From Antedon mediterranea (taxonomy: Eukaryota; Animalia; Echinodermata), in contig NC_092671.1 in assembly GCF_964355755.1 (NCBI RefSeq), positions 22,766,070-22,830,069 on the forward strand: a stretch of DNA of 64,000 nucleotides. The letters are read 5' to 3'. A program made the translations under genes and the position numbers. Of the stretch, positions 39,401 to 51,837 are shown piece by piece (within the stretch, counting starts at the first letter, position 1; each line of letters opens with the position of its first letter). The notes under the pieces are model-generated. The model made no database searches. It was not told the origin of the DNA and saw nothing but the letters and a program-made list of their open reading frames with translations.

Positions 39401-42400
39401 TAAGTCACGTTGCGCAATTTTAAACATCATGAAAAGCTTCGCTGCACATCTTCATGTGCACGACGATATGTTGAGAAAGTTACAAAATGTTATGTTTGCA
39501 AGTTTTCGAGAAAAGCGTTCCACAAAAATCATACAGAAAGAAAGAAGAGAACTAGACATGTAACTCGTCAATTTGACGAGTTTGGTTATCCGCCGCGCAA
39601 GTGGTGCAACATAAACATTAAGAGGATAGGTTGAGGACAAAAGGAAGTGTTCACGTTGGCATTATGACCTGAACTGAAGAATATGATATGTTGTTATTGC
39701 TGAATTTTATTATTTAAATTCATATATAGTATACACAGTATCTGTATCCATATCACATACAGTGTAGAATAGGTGAAATTACGGGACCCGCTATTTATTG
39801 CAATTTTTAACATGTTGACGGTTTTAAAATGAAACGCGAAGGTAGCAATTCCGAAAGGAAATTATCTCAGCAACAACGTATTAGCGTGTAGAAGAAATTT
39901 GAATACGTGAAATATTGATGCGCACTCTTTTAAATGTAATGAATTATGACGCAAAAGATGAAAATACGACCTTTTTTGTTTAACTAGCCATATGATGACG
40001 TCACAACATCCGATTGGCAACATTTTTACATAATTTCGTATCTACAATCCAATAGCTTCCAGAAAAAGTTTTAATCGTGATTATCACATTTTATTCTTAC
40101 GAGCTATAACAGATTAAAATTTACTGTAAAGATGAAATTAATGCCACACGTGATTTAAATTTTTAGGCATGATGACGTCAAAAAAATTAAAATATTTTTA
40201 ACTCATGCGAAAGATACTTGATTTACCTAGACAATATCAAAATCGGGGTGAAAATGGAAAACGGATAAGTGGAGATGCGCTCTATTCAATGTGATGAGCT
40301 ATGACGAAAGATACAAAAATCCTAAATTTTATATTCGTGTGGCCATACGATGACGTCACAATGTCCAGTTAGCCATATTACTACCTGATTCGATATCTAC
40401 AACTCATCTACTTCCAGAATATGCCATCCACAAAAAGTTGACCGTCTAGTTTAGAAATTACGACTGTTTAAAAAAAGGCATATTTTAAACGAATTTTTTA
40501 ACCTTTTCATAAAAAACGCGCGCCAATTGTCCAATTCGACGTGCTCGTATGACGTATCTTTAAGTCGAAATTGTTTAAAATTTGGTAAAATTACTTGAAA
40601 AAGCTGGAACAACATAAATCACGCGAAAAAAATACGTTTTCAATGCTACGTGCGCACCGCACACGTAAAAATGTGCGCACGCGTGGGAATTTTTGACATG
40701 CTTAAAACGACATGAAACGCGTAGAAAGTTGATTATAAATTAATTTTGCGCATTTTGAAATTTTATATGCGCGTGCGCGCGTAACTTTGTGTAAAACACG
40801 CAATTTTTTTTCAACAGAAAGTTAGCGCATGATATAAATTAAACTTTTGCAAAGTTTCAAGTTGAAATGTTATTTGGTTGTCGAGCTATGTTAAATACGA
40901 CAAAATCGTTAAATCGCGCGTAGGTCACGTTGCGCAATTGTATATATCATGAAAAGCTTCGCTGCACATCTTCATGTGCATGACGATATGTTGAGAAAGT
41001 TACAAAATGTTATGTTTGCAAGTTTTCGAGAAAAGCGTTCCACAAAAATCATACAGAAAGAAAGAAGAGAAATAACTAGACATGTAACTCGTCACTTTGA
41101 CGAGTTAGTTATCCGCACTACAAACGCCACGTGCACGTCATACGTTAGAATATTGCACACAGAAAAAAATTATGGCATTATGACCTGATCTGAAGAATAT
41201 GATATGTTGTTAGTGCTGAATTCTGTCAATTTTGTGTCATATAGTATATACATGAAAACAGTATAATCTGTATACATGTTACATACAGTGTAGAAGAGGT
41301 GAAATTACGGGACCCGCCATTTATTCAAATTTGTAACATGGCGACGGTATCAAGATGAAACACTAAGATAGCAATTTCGGAAGGAAATTATCTCAGCAAC
41401 AACATATTAACGTGTAGAAGAAATTTGAATACGTTTAATATTGATGCGCGCTCTTTTAAATATAATGAACTATGACGAAAAATATGAAAATACGACATTT
41501 TTTATTCAACTGGCCATATGATGACGTCACAAGATCCGATTGGGAAAATGTTTACATAAATTCGCATCTACAATCCAATAGCTTCCAGAAAACGTTTTAA
41601 TCATGATTATCACGTTTTATTCTGACGAGCTATAACAGATTGAAATTTACTGTAAGGACGAAAATAAGTGACCCACGTTATTACATTTTTAGACATGATG
41701 ACGTCATAAATTTTAAAATATTTTTAACTCATACGAAAGATAGTTGATTGACCTAGATAATATGAAAATCGGGGTAAAAATGGAAAACAGATAATTGGAG
41801 ATGCGCTCTATTAAATGTCATGCGCTATGATGAAAGATACAAAAATCCTATATTTTATATTCGCGTGGGCATACGGTGACGTCACAATGTCCGGTTAGCC
41901 ATATTAATGCATGATTTAAAATCTACAACTCATCAACTTTCAGAATATGCAATAAAAATAACTTTCACCGTTTAGTTTAGGAACTATAACTGTTTAAAAA
42001 AGGGCATAATTTTGACAAATTTTGACGACTTTTTGAACTTTTTCATCAAAAATGCACGTAAATTATCCAATTCGACGTGCCCGTATGACGTAATTTTAAG
42101 TCGAAATTGTTCAAAAGTTGGTAAAATTACTAGAAAAGGCTGGAAAAACATAAATCACGTGAAAAAAATGGTTTTCAACGCTACGTGCGTACCGCACGCG
42201 TAAAAAAATGCGCGTACGTGGGAATTTTTTACATGCTCAAAATGACATGAAACGCGTAGAAAGTTGATTAGAAATTGATTCTTCGCATTTTAAAATTTTA
42301 AACGCGCGTGCGCGCGTAACTTCCTGTGAAACATGCCATTTTTTTTTCACATTCTGTTAGCGCAAGATATCAATTAAACTTTCGTTAAGTTTCAATTTAA

Positions 42401-44560
42401 ACTGCTATATGGTTTTCAATCTATGTTAAAAATGCGAAATTCGTAAAAACGCGCGTAAGTCATGTTGCGCAACTCTGACGTCATTCAAAAATAGGAGGTG
42501 CACAACTTCACCTGAATGCCCTCATGCTGACAAAGTTATAACATGTTATGTTTACACGTTTTTGAGATACGCGAGACACAAAAATAGAGGAGAAAGAAAG
42601 AAAAAAAAAAAAAAGTAACAGGACAGTTACAAGGAGTTATCCGCTGAATGCGGATAACTAAAAAGTTGATGTTGATGATGATTTCGTACAATCACAAGAG
42701 GTTATCCTGCAACTTCGTTGCGGATAACCAAATAAAAAGTTGATGTTGATGATGATTTCGTACAATCACAAGAGGTTATCCTGCAACTTCGTTGCGGATA
42801 ACCAAAAATAAAAAGTTGATGTTGATTTCGTACAATCACAAGAGGTTATCAGCAACTTCGTTGCGGATAACCAATAAAAAGTTGATGTTGATGATTTCGT
42901 ACAATCACAAGAGGTTATCCTGCAACTTCGTTGCGGATAACCAACTAGAATTTAATTCGTCACTTTGACGAATTATAGGTGATCATTTTTATCATTTTAA
43001 TGAAATTAAAACTTTTTAAACATGCACGTACGTTAACATACGATCGTAAAAAGTTGATGTATGCCATCCTATGACATGATGCATACGCTTATAGTGCTGA
43101 GTTGTGCATGCCATATACAATATGTACAGTATATACTGTATATCTATATACAGTGTAGCATAGGTGAAATTACGGGACACACATCATGTTCTAATTTTTT
43201 GGTATGATGGAATTATCAAAATAAACTCAAAGATGACAATTTCGAAAGATAATGAATTGAGCAAATAAATATAAGAATTGCAAGAGAATCTGGCACGTAG
43301 AAGCGCTGTGCGCGCTGTTTGAAATTTGTATAACTTTGACGAAAAAGATGAAAAAATTACTTTTTAACTTCATCTGGCCATATGTTAACGTCACAACATA
43401 TCGATAGGCTTGGTTTTTATATGAATTCATATCTACATTTCATCAGCTTTCATAATAAATTATAATCATCAAGGTAACCTTCAATTCTGAAGAGCTGTAA
43501 GATATTCAAATTTACGGCAAAGGTGAAATTACACGACCTACGTTATTCAAGTTTTTACGCGTGATGACGTCATCAAAATGAAAACACTGACAACTTATGA
43601 TAAAGATAAATAATTAAGCAAGCACACACTGAAATTTGTGCGAAAATCGAGCTCAAATAGCGGAGATGCGCTCTATTGAATGTGATAACCTACACAAAAC
43701 GGAAAAAAATCCTAATTTTTAAATTCAAGTGGCAATTTGATGACGTAATACCATTTTGTACGTCTAATGTGTATATACATTTATATCTACAACTCAATGG
43801 CTTCCCGAATAAGTTAAAAAACTTAGGGGTCATCGTGCATTCTGAAGAATTATTTTCATTTTAAAAATGCCTTATTTTTCATCATTTTCAGCACTTTTAT
43901 GCAATTAATGTGCGCATTTCGTCACTTTTAACATGCTCGTATAGCGTTATTTTAAGTCGGAACGGACTCAAATTTGGTGAATGTACTAAGGATGGTGAGT
44001 AGAATGCGATTTCTACAAAAAATTCGTATTTTTACGCTTTTTAAGAATTGCGCGCGCAAAAACGCATTTTTGAAACACGCAAATAGCCTAATTCATGCTC
44101 TAAATAGATCAAAACTTAATTTTGAGCTTTTTAATTTTTTAACGCGCGATCTCACGCGTATGACCCTACGTGCGCGTGCCTTTTATTGGTTAATATATTT
44201 ACCTTTTACCTGAAGTTTACGTATTGTGAATTTTATTGATATGTGATAAAGAGTTATGGCGATATGATTGATAATGTGAAAAAAAAAAAAAAAAAAAAAA
44301 TGGCGTATAAATGACGTCATGGTTGAGTGATCACGCTGAAAAGCTTATTAGGATTAAGTTACAGTATTTGAAAGATATTGTGAAAATTTTGTCATCTTCA
44401 ACATTCAACTTTTTGAGATAATTGTTACACAAAATCTGTACAGAGAGAAATAAAGAATAAAGATTTCATACAATAACAATAGGTGATCATTTAGAATAAA
44501 AAAAGATGATGATTTCGTACAATCACAAGAGGTTATCCTGCAACTTCGTTGCGGATAACC
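33473..44560 (-). mobile_element. Stack of ~1.5-kb Helentron/HINE-like elements
   Basis: Bodies start (CTAG) at 33473, 34976, 36500, 38029, 39552, 41076; terminal hairpins end at 42659, 42729, 42803, 42872, 42942, 44560. Structure on minus strand: TT, palindromic 5' subTIR, (TTC)/(TCA) microsatellite, body, 3' subTIR, stem-loop, CTAG, TT. No coding capacity. Confidence 0.88.
42945..44500 (-). mobile_element. Related HINE family with AGGTGATCATTT subTIR
   Basis: CTAGAATTT-AATTCGTCACTTTGACGAATT-ATAGGTGATCATTT head, divergent body, truncated terminal hairpin AGGTGATCATTTAGAATAAAA. Confidence 0.75.
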
Positions 44561-44562
44561 AA

Positions 44563-45108
44563 CTAGACATGAAACTCGTCACTTTGACGAGTTAGTTATC
44601 CGCACGACAAACGCCACGTGCACGTCATACGTTGGAATATTGCACAAAGAATAAGATTATGGCATTATGACCTGAACTGAAGAATATGATATGTTGTTAT
44701 TGCTGAATTCTATTATTTTGATTCATATAATTATAGTATACACAGTATAATCTGTATTCATATCACATACAGTGTAGAATAGGTGAAATTACGGGACCCG
44801 CTATTTATTGCAATTTTTAACATGTTGACGGTTTTAAATTGAAACTCGAAGGTAGCAATTTTGGAAGGAAATTATCTCAGCAACAACATATCAATGTGTA
44901 GAAGAATGTTTTCTTTACAATTGTAAACGTCATGAAAAGCTTCGCTTGACGACGTTACGTAAATGTCAATATGTTGAGATAGTTACCGAAATGTTATGTT
45001 TGCAAGTGTTAGAGAAAAGCGTTACACAAAAATCATACAGAAAGAAAGTATGATGATGATGATGATGATTTCGTACAATCACAAGAGGTTATCCTGCAGC
45101 GGATAACC
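44563..45108 (-). mobile_element. Internally deleted HINE with body and terminal hairpin contiguous
   Basis: CTAG head at 44563; CATACAGAAAGAAAG-(GAT)n-TTCGTACAATCACAAGAGGTTATCC...GCGGATAACC uninterrupted. Confidence 0.8.
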
Positions 45109-45134
45109 AAAAAGAATAAAGATTTCATACAATA

Positions 45135-47531
45135 TACTCTAGTAGTAGCTAGATCAACTTTCGTATGCACTTTGAGGTCCAGAGAATTTGACTTCAGAAA
45201 TTGGTTTAGGGTGGTCAAACAATCATATTTGGCTTGGTTACACATTTTGAAAATGTGGCGAAAGGTCAAAAGGTCAGGGTGAAAGGTCATAAGACCAAAC
45301 ACCAATTTCTCCTTAAATCTCAACAACCACTGGTCACAGCGAAGTAATTTTGGTCTCAAATTGATCAGAAAGTATACATTTATATTCCGTCTAATGGAAC
45401 ATTTTAGTTAAAAATGACCGGAAAAGCCGTTTCTGACCTTTGACCCACAACCCAGGGCATGTATTTATCTCCGTAACTACTGGTCGTAGACACTTGAATT
45501 TGGTTTTAAATTGTTCAAAATATATATTTTGTTATTTGTTACACATTTTGAAAAAATGTTACAAAGGTCAAAGGGTCAGGGTCAAGTGTTATATGAACAA
45601 ATAAATAAAGGTACTTGTATCTCAGCAACCACAGGTCGCAGCAAGTAAATTTTGGTCTCAAAATGTTCAGAAGGAATGCATTTATATTCCGTCTAATGGG
45701 GCATTTTAGTAAAAAATGATCGGAAATGCCATTTCTGACCTTTGATCCACATACCAGGGCATCTTCATATCTCTGTAAGTACTGGTCGTAGAAACTTAAA
45801 TTTGGTATCAAATTGTTCGAAATATACATATTTACATTCATTGTAATAGAAAATGTGGTTAAAAGATGAACAGAAAATACTATTACTAATGTTTCAAACA
45901 AAAAACATATCTCTACACAACTTATCCTTAGACAGTAATGTTATGCAATAACTGATACTTTAAATTGTTTCAATTTCAAGTACTAGTTATTGCTGTCCAC
46001 GAGAACATTTTGATATAAACGTCAAGCTCAACAGTTCTTTTCATAATGCTAGAAGTAACTTGCCATGTGTATCAGATTAAACGCCCCGGGCATTTATTGT
46101 TCAAAAGGGTTTTTAGGGGGAGGGGAGGCAACTTTATTTGGGGTATAATATGGTAATATGTATAATCTAGATGTAAAAAAACAAGGCCAACAGCCATTAA
46201 GTCGCGTGCTACAATGCATAGTGATACCGGACCGACAGACAGACCGACAGACAGACAGACAGAGAGACCAACCGACCGACATAGTGAACTATACTGACCG
46301 AAATTACTGAACATGTTTAAAAATGTTGAAATGTTTAAAAACATTTATTTTTTTTTAATTTACACGTGCGTAGCCTGTCACTTTCGACGTGCTCGTATAA
46401 CGTAATTTCGAGTTGAAAAGTAAGTCAAGAAAACAGAAATCGGGCAAAAAGAGTGCGCAATAACATTTAACGCGCAGTGCGCGCGCAAAAATATGCGCAC
46501 TCATGGCAATTTTGTAAACGCTTAAAATTGCCTGAAATGTACTCTTATTTCATCGAAAATAAATTTTGAAAATGTTAAGCGCGCGTACGCATGCGTTACA
46601 TGCGCTACGCACGTAATTGTATTGCCATATGATGATTTATGCCCTGAAATTTATGAATACCAAATTTTATTTAATTGTGATTCATGGTTGTGAAGATATG
46701 ATTACAAACGTGATTTCGTTAAATCGTGCGTAGACCGCGTAATTTTTTATTGCGCACCGTGAAAACATAACCACATTGATTCCTGGCCATAAGGAATATA
46801 CTGTGAAAAATTGACCTAGCTAGATTAAACTGATATCAAGATAAGGTCAGAAAGCGATAAAACGCATAGTGACCGACAAACAAACAGATAGACCGACAGA
46901 CAGACAGACCGACAGACAGACAGACAGACAGACCGACCGACCGACCGACATAGTGAACTATAGAGTCGCTTCCACGCGACTAAAAATACAGCACAATTAA
47001 TTGAATTGAATATTGAAAGCATGCCTTCTGAACATTTTGAGACTAAAATTGACTTGCTGCGACGATTGGTTGCCGAGATACAAGTATCTATTTATATTTG
47101 TTCATATATTGACCTTTTGTAACATTTTTAAAAATGTGCAACAAATAACAAAATGTTTATTTCAAACAATTTTTGACCAAATTCAAGTGTCTACGATCAG
47201 TAGTTACGGAGATACACATGCCCTGGGGTGTGGGTCAAAGGTCAGAAATGGCATTTCCGGTCATTTTTGACTAAAATGTCCCAAATGAATATAAATGTAT
47301 ACCTTCTGATCAATTTGAGACCAAAATCGCTGTGACCAGTGGTTGTCGAGATTTAAGGACCTATTGGTGTTTAGTTTGATAACCTTTCACCCTGACCTTT
47401 TGACCTTTCGCCACATTTTCAAAATGTGTAACCAAGCCAATAATGATTGTTTGACCATCCTAAATCAATTTCTGAAGTCAAATTCTCTGGACCTCAAAGT
47501 GCATACGAAAGTTGATCTAGCTACTAGAGTA
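45135..47531. mobile_element. Foldback element with ~500-bp TIRs and 3-bp TSD
   Basis: TACTCTAGTAG...AGATCAACTTTCGTATGCAC / GTGCATACGAAAGTTGATCTAGCTACTAGAGTA; ATA duplicated; removal restores the HINE tail CATACAATAACAATAGGTGATC. Confidence 0.85.
46180..46985 (-). mobile_element. DINE-1/HINE-type element with (GTCY)n microsatellites
   Basis: Terminal hairpin AGTCGC-TTCCAC-GCGACT + A5, subTIR AGTCGCGTG at 46200, (GACA/GACC)n at ~46230-46280 and ~46870-46950; body shares TTCGACGTGCTCGTAT..CGTAATTT core with the 1.5-kb unit. Confidence 0.78.
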
Positions 47532-47539
47532 ATAACAAT

Positions 47540-47630
47540 AGGTGATCATTTTATTCTAAATGATCACCTAAAAAGACTAAAGATTTTATACAATAACAAT
47601 AGGTGATCATTTTATTCTAAATGATCACCT
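47540..47630 (-). repeat. Two stacked terminal hairpins of the AGGTGATCATTT family
   Basis: AGGTGATCATTT-TATTCT-AAATGATCACCT twice, each preceded by (AAGATTT.ATAC)AATAACAAT. Confidence 0.85.
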
Positions 47631-47774
47631 AATTATGCATGAATTGTTGGAGGGTATACATTATTTTATTTATTGAAAAAAAAAAATTTATGATTTTGTT
47701 TAATATGAGGATATGGAGGTTTATAAAACATTTATTTCATCGTTAAATTACAGGATGGATAAACTATTTTATAA

Positions 47775-47921
47775 TTTATCGTGATTATAAACTTAGTCTC
47801 GCTTCAGGCTTAAGGAGTGGAGTTAAAAGAGACGTGAGTTACAACCCTGGCACTAGGTCAGGATTGAACCCCGGACCTTGAGATTGGAATTCAAGTACGT
47901 TAACCACCAAGCTACAGCTCC
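47775..47921 (-). mobile_element. tRNA-derived SINE-like sequence
   Basis: Minus strand GGAGCTGTAGCTTGGTGGTTAA...GGGGTTCAATCC: Pol III A-box and B-box at tRNA spacing, no proper acceptor stem. Confidence 0.6.
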
Positions 47922-49377
47922 ACTACTTCAGATATGGTATTTGGTTATTTTTTAAATACATATCCGGCTACTGTTTTTAGGCTATACTGTATAAATTGTT
48001 ATTATTTTACAGATTGTACTTTAAATCAATTAATCGACTTATATAGTAATGTTAAAAATGACACTAGGGCCTACCAATTAAATTTGTATTTAAAAGACAT
48101 TCTTTTCTAAATGTTCATCTGACATTTTCCTGTATCTTGGTTTACAAAAATGAACTCAGTTATGTAAATGTTTAAGATCTGCATATCAGTTGTAGTTTAG
48201 CAATTCACACTTTCTAGAAATTAATTATATTATATTACAATAACATCGTCAAATTCCAGTACATAATTTAAAACAACTGGTTATATATAGAAATCTTTAA
48301 AAAAAACATGATTTTGTTATCGCAAAGTATGATCTTGTCCAATTTTTCTTGCCATTTTGGAATGTGATACTTTTCAAGTTTCCCGATTTTGATCAACGTT
48401 ACCGTTAATATCTTTTAAAATGTTATAAAAAAAAGCTGACGAAAATACTAGAACCAAGTACACTGGTACAGTACGTTATAGTCTTCAGTCTGTATTCTCT
48501 AGAGATGTGAAGGGCATCCAACAATGGATAGAAACACTATTCGGCTCAGTGGCGTCTGTGATCAATGAGGAAAATGTAAAGTATGCATGACAGTCTCTTC
48601 TGAAGATGTACCAGATATGATTTTTCCTTCCTGTGTAAATTGTATTGACTGGACCTTCTCACCTAACTTTAGGTGATTGTGTCAGAGTTATCCTCCAATA
48701 TAATTGTTAATTTCCATGTCAATGTCTCTATCGACACAATATTTTGGGTCCTTTCCAGGATCGAGTCCAGAAAATACAAAGAAACTGAAGACCGTAACAT
48801 GCTGCACCAGTGTTCTTGGTTAAAACATTGGTTAATAGATATTAATGGTAACCTTGATCAAAATGGGGAAAACTTACAACCACCTTCGACCATGCCAAGA
48901 TACATGGCACATACTTCAAACTGCAATACGAAAACATAGAGATACCCAGCTCTTTCAAACATATGTGGAAGCTCCACCGGTCTCTGAGGCTGTAGTGCAA
49001 AATTCCTAGAAAGTGTGAATTGCTGAACTACAGCTAATATTAAAATCTAAAAAATTGACATATTAATGAGTTTGAATAAACTAACTATTTAAAAAAAATC
49101 AAGATGAAGGAAAATGTAATTGTCCTGTAATATTACAATACCATAACAGTTTTTCTCATTTGCGTTTGCAAACCAGATGAACATTTATAACCTTAGAATA
49201 CAAATAAAATAAAAAAATATAATTGGTAATCTAAACATTTGTCATTTCTATGATTACTATAGACAATTGAATGTTTGGAATATGAAGCTGGATATGTTTA
49301 TTATTATCAATATGTAATAACAATGAAACATCAAAAATATATTTATTACCCTCATATTTATATTTATTGTAATGTAA

Positions 49378-50622
49378 TTGTAATGCAACATTTTGTTAGA
49401 AAATGACCGGAAGTAAAGTTATTGACCTTTGACCTAATAAACATGAACTTGATGTATACAATAATCAGCAATTATTTGTGGTAGGTATTAAACAATGGAT
49501 TTATACATATTATTATCATTTGAATAGCTAATTTCTAATTCACATAATGAACCAGCTTGGCTTGATGTAGATGACTAAGTAACAGAGAATAAAAAAAGTG
49601 TAATTAATTTGAATGTAAAGAAAAAAAATCTGTATTTAAATAGTTCTCTTTTCCCGGACCAGGCTCTAGAAGAACAGAAGGAACATAGTTGAAATGGGTT
49701 GGTGGTCTTGTTGGCGGCATTACTCAAAATGAGGAAATCGAACTGGATTTCCCATCGAACTCACTCTTTAACGCAAAACACACAAATCCTTCAAGATTTT
49801 ATCAAAATACATTCATAACAAAATCAACACTTTTTTTAAACATTGTCTTAGTAATAATTTCAAATGAAGTCAAGAAATATATCTTAAACAGAGATGATAA
49901 AAAAAGAGTTAAAGCTTTTTGAAGTTTGTGAGCAAAGTCTGGTTGTGGACTCCTTGAAAAAAATAAAACTAAACACATTTAGTAGCTTGAAGGGAACATA
50001 AAATGCTGTAAACATCCAAAACCTCTTGGTCACTTCTCAGAACAATCTCACTCTATCTAATCTAAAATGATTCCTTGGCTTGGCGATATAACTACAAAAT
50101 GGCAGTCAATGTTAGCATTGGACGATTACTTCTTATATCGAAACATCAAAGAAGCAACCCCAAGGAACGTCTAATCAAGCAACTGAACGAAGCAATCAAA
50201 TTATCATCTACGACCACGTAATAGTGTATAGCAGTTCAATGTATGAGAAACCTATATGAAATTGTTTCAAGAAAAACAACAAGCATTAGGAAATAAAATG
50301 GAACGGTACAAAGTTTAAGAATCAACCACTCTCACTCCTTTGACTGTCTTAATGGAAAGAATGGGACGAGGATGCTGACACAATAAATGCATGGTATTGA
50401 TTAATATTTATAAAATATATAAAAACTAAGTATGTGAATTAGAAATTAGATATTCAAATGATAATAATATGTATAAACCCATTGTTTAATACCTACCACA
50501 AATAATTACCGATGCATTCTGAAATAGATAAATGCTTATTGTATACATCAAGTTTATGTTTATAAGGTCAAAGGTCAATAACTTTACTTCCGGTCATTTT
50601 CTAACAAAATGTTGCATTACAA
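49378..50622. repeat. ~170-190-bp inverted repeat pair with ~890-bp spacer
   Basis: ~49378-49546 is the reverse complement of ~50431-50622 apart from one indel. Confidence 0.8.
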
Positions 50623-51349
50623 TAAATATGAATATGTATGGTCTCAGCAATTTGAGACCATTTTTAAATTTCAATGACCAGCCGTTTTTTAGATACAATG
50701 CAAGTCAAGGTCAAAGGTCAATAGTGCAGAAAAATAGCATTTCCTATTACATTTCGTCAAAATGTTCCATTACAATGAATATAAATATATACGCTCCGAG
50801 TATTTTGATACCAATATCTTGTTGATAGACCAAAGGGATACGGAGATAGGGCCAATTGGGAGCCATTTTGATCTTGGGGCTGTTACCATGGTTACAGGAT
50901 CGTGAAAATTGGTTACCTAGCATTTTTGGTATCCTACCACCATATTAAAGAAGTGAAATCTCACTTTGGGCATTAAAATCCTACGGAAATACATGAGGAC
51001 CCTGACTATAAAATGCATACATTATATACGTTTTTAATGGCGGCCATCTTGGATTTCAATATGGCTGCCATATGCTATGATTATAAATTTTACCATTGGA
51101 CTGATTTATCATAATATTGTAAGATTTATCACACAAATTACGTTCGTACGTGGTTTAAAATAGGAGCTACTATCAGTTTTGAGTAAAAAATGGGGGCCAT
51201 TTTGAAATCCAAGATGGCGGCCAAAATAGGGTCGGGAAAAATTGGCCCCCTGTTGCAATGAATTCTGCTGGTCCCAAGGATTCCAAAACTGCCAAGAACT
51301 CAAATTGAGCATTAAAATCTCACGGAATTACATTAGGTTCCCCACTATT

Positions 51350-51802
51350 AGCAGGAAATGTATATTTTAGCACTATGGATTTATCCTCAGGATATTGGCA
51401 AATACCTATGGATCAGAATGATAAACAGAAACAGCATTTACAACTGGCGACTCGCTGTACAGATTTAAAGTCATGCCAATGGGACTTAAAAATGCACCGT
51501 CCACATTCCAACACCTAATAGAATATGTTCTCCATGGTTTGCAATGGAGCAGAGTTTTAGTGTACTTAGACGACATAATTGTTTTTGGTCGCACCTTTGA
51601 GCAGAAATTAGCTAACTTAAAAGAAGTTTTCGAGAGAATTAGAACTGCTGGATTAAAGTTACGTCCTAACAAGTGTAATTTTTTCCAAGATCGTGTTACC
51701 TTTCTAGGTCATGTCGTTTCGAAAGATGGTGTTGAGCCAGATCCTACTAACCTTGAAAAAGTAAAGAACTGGCCCACTCCCAGAAATGTTACCCAAATTA
51801 AA
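51350..51802 (+). pseudogene. Isolated Gypsy reverse transcriptase fragment
   Basis: STMDLSSGYWQ upstream (frameshifted), then MPMGLKNAPSTFQ, YLDD, FLGH, WPTP. Confidence 0.9.
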
Positions 51803-51837
51803 ATCGTATGTATGGGTGCATAATATATATTATAAAA

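Noticed and set aside
35954-42203. Recurring 62-79 aa ORFs in the 1.5-kb units
   Set aside because: Often non-ATG starts, broken by indels between copies, no recognisable domain.
42661-42942. Four ~70-bp hairpin-containing direct repeats resembling a CRISPR array
   Set aside because: No unique spacers, no cas genes, eukaryotic context; they are stacked element termini.
47850-47921. Possible tRNA gene
   Set aside because: A/B boxes present but acceptor and anticodon stems do not pair; treated as SINE head.
48877-49047. Possible minus-strand exon (TTTTAG...GTAAGT) with one open frame
   Set aside because: No recognisable protein and no partner exons found; part of it recurs inverted near 48190.
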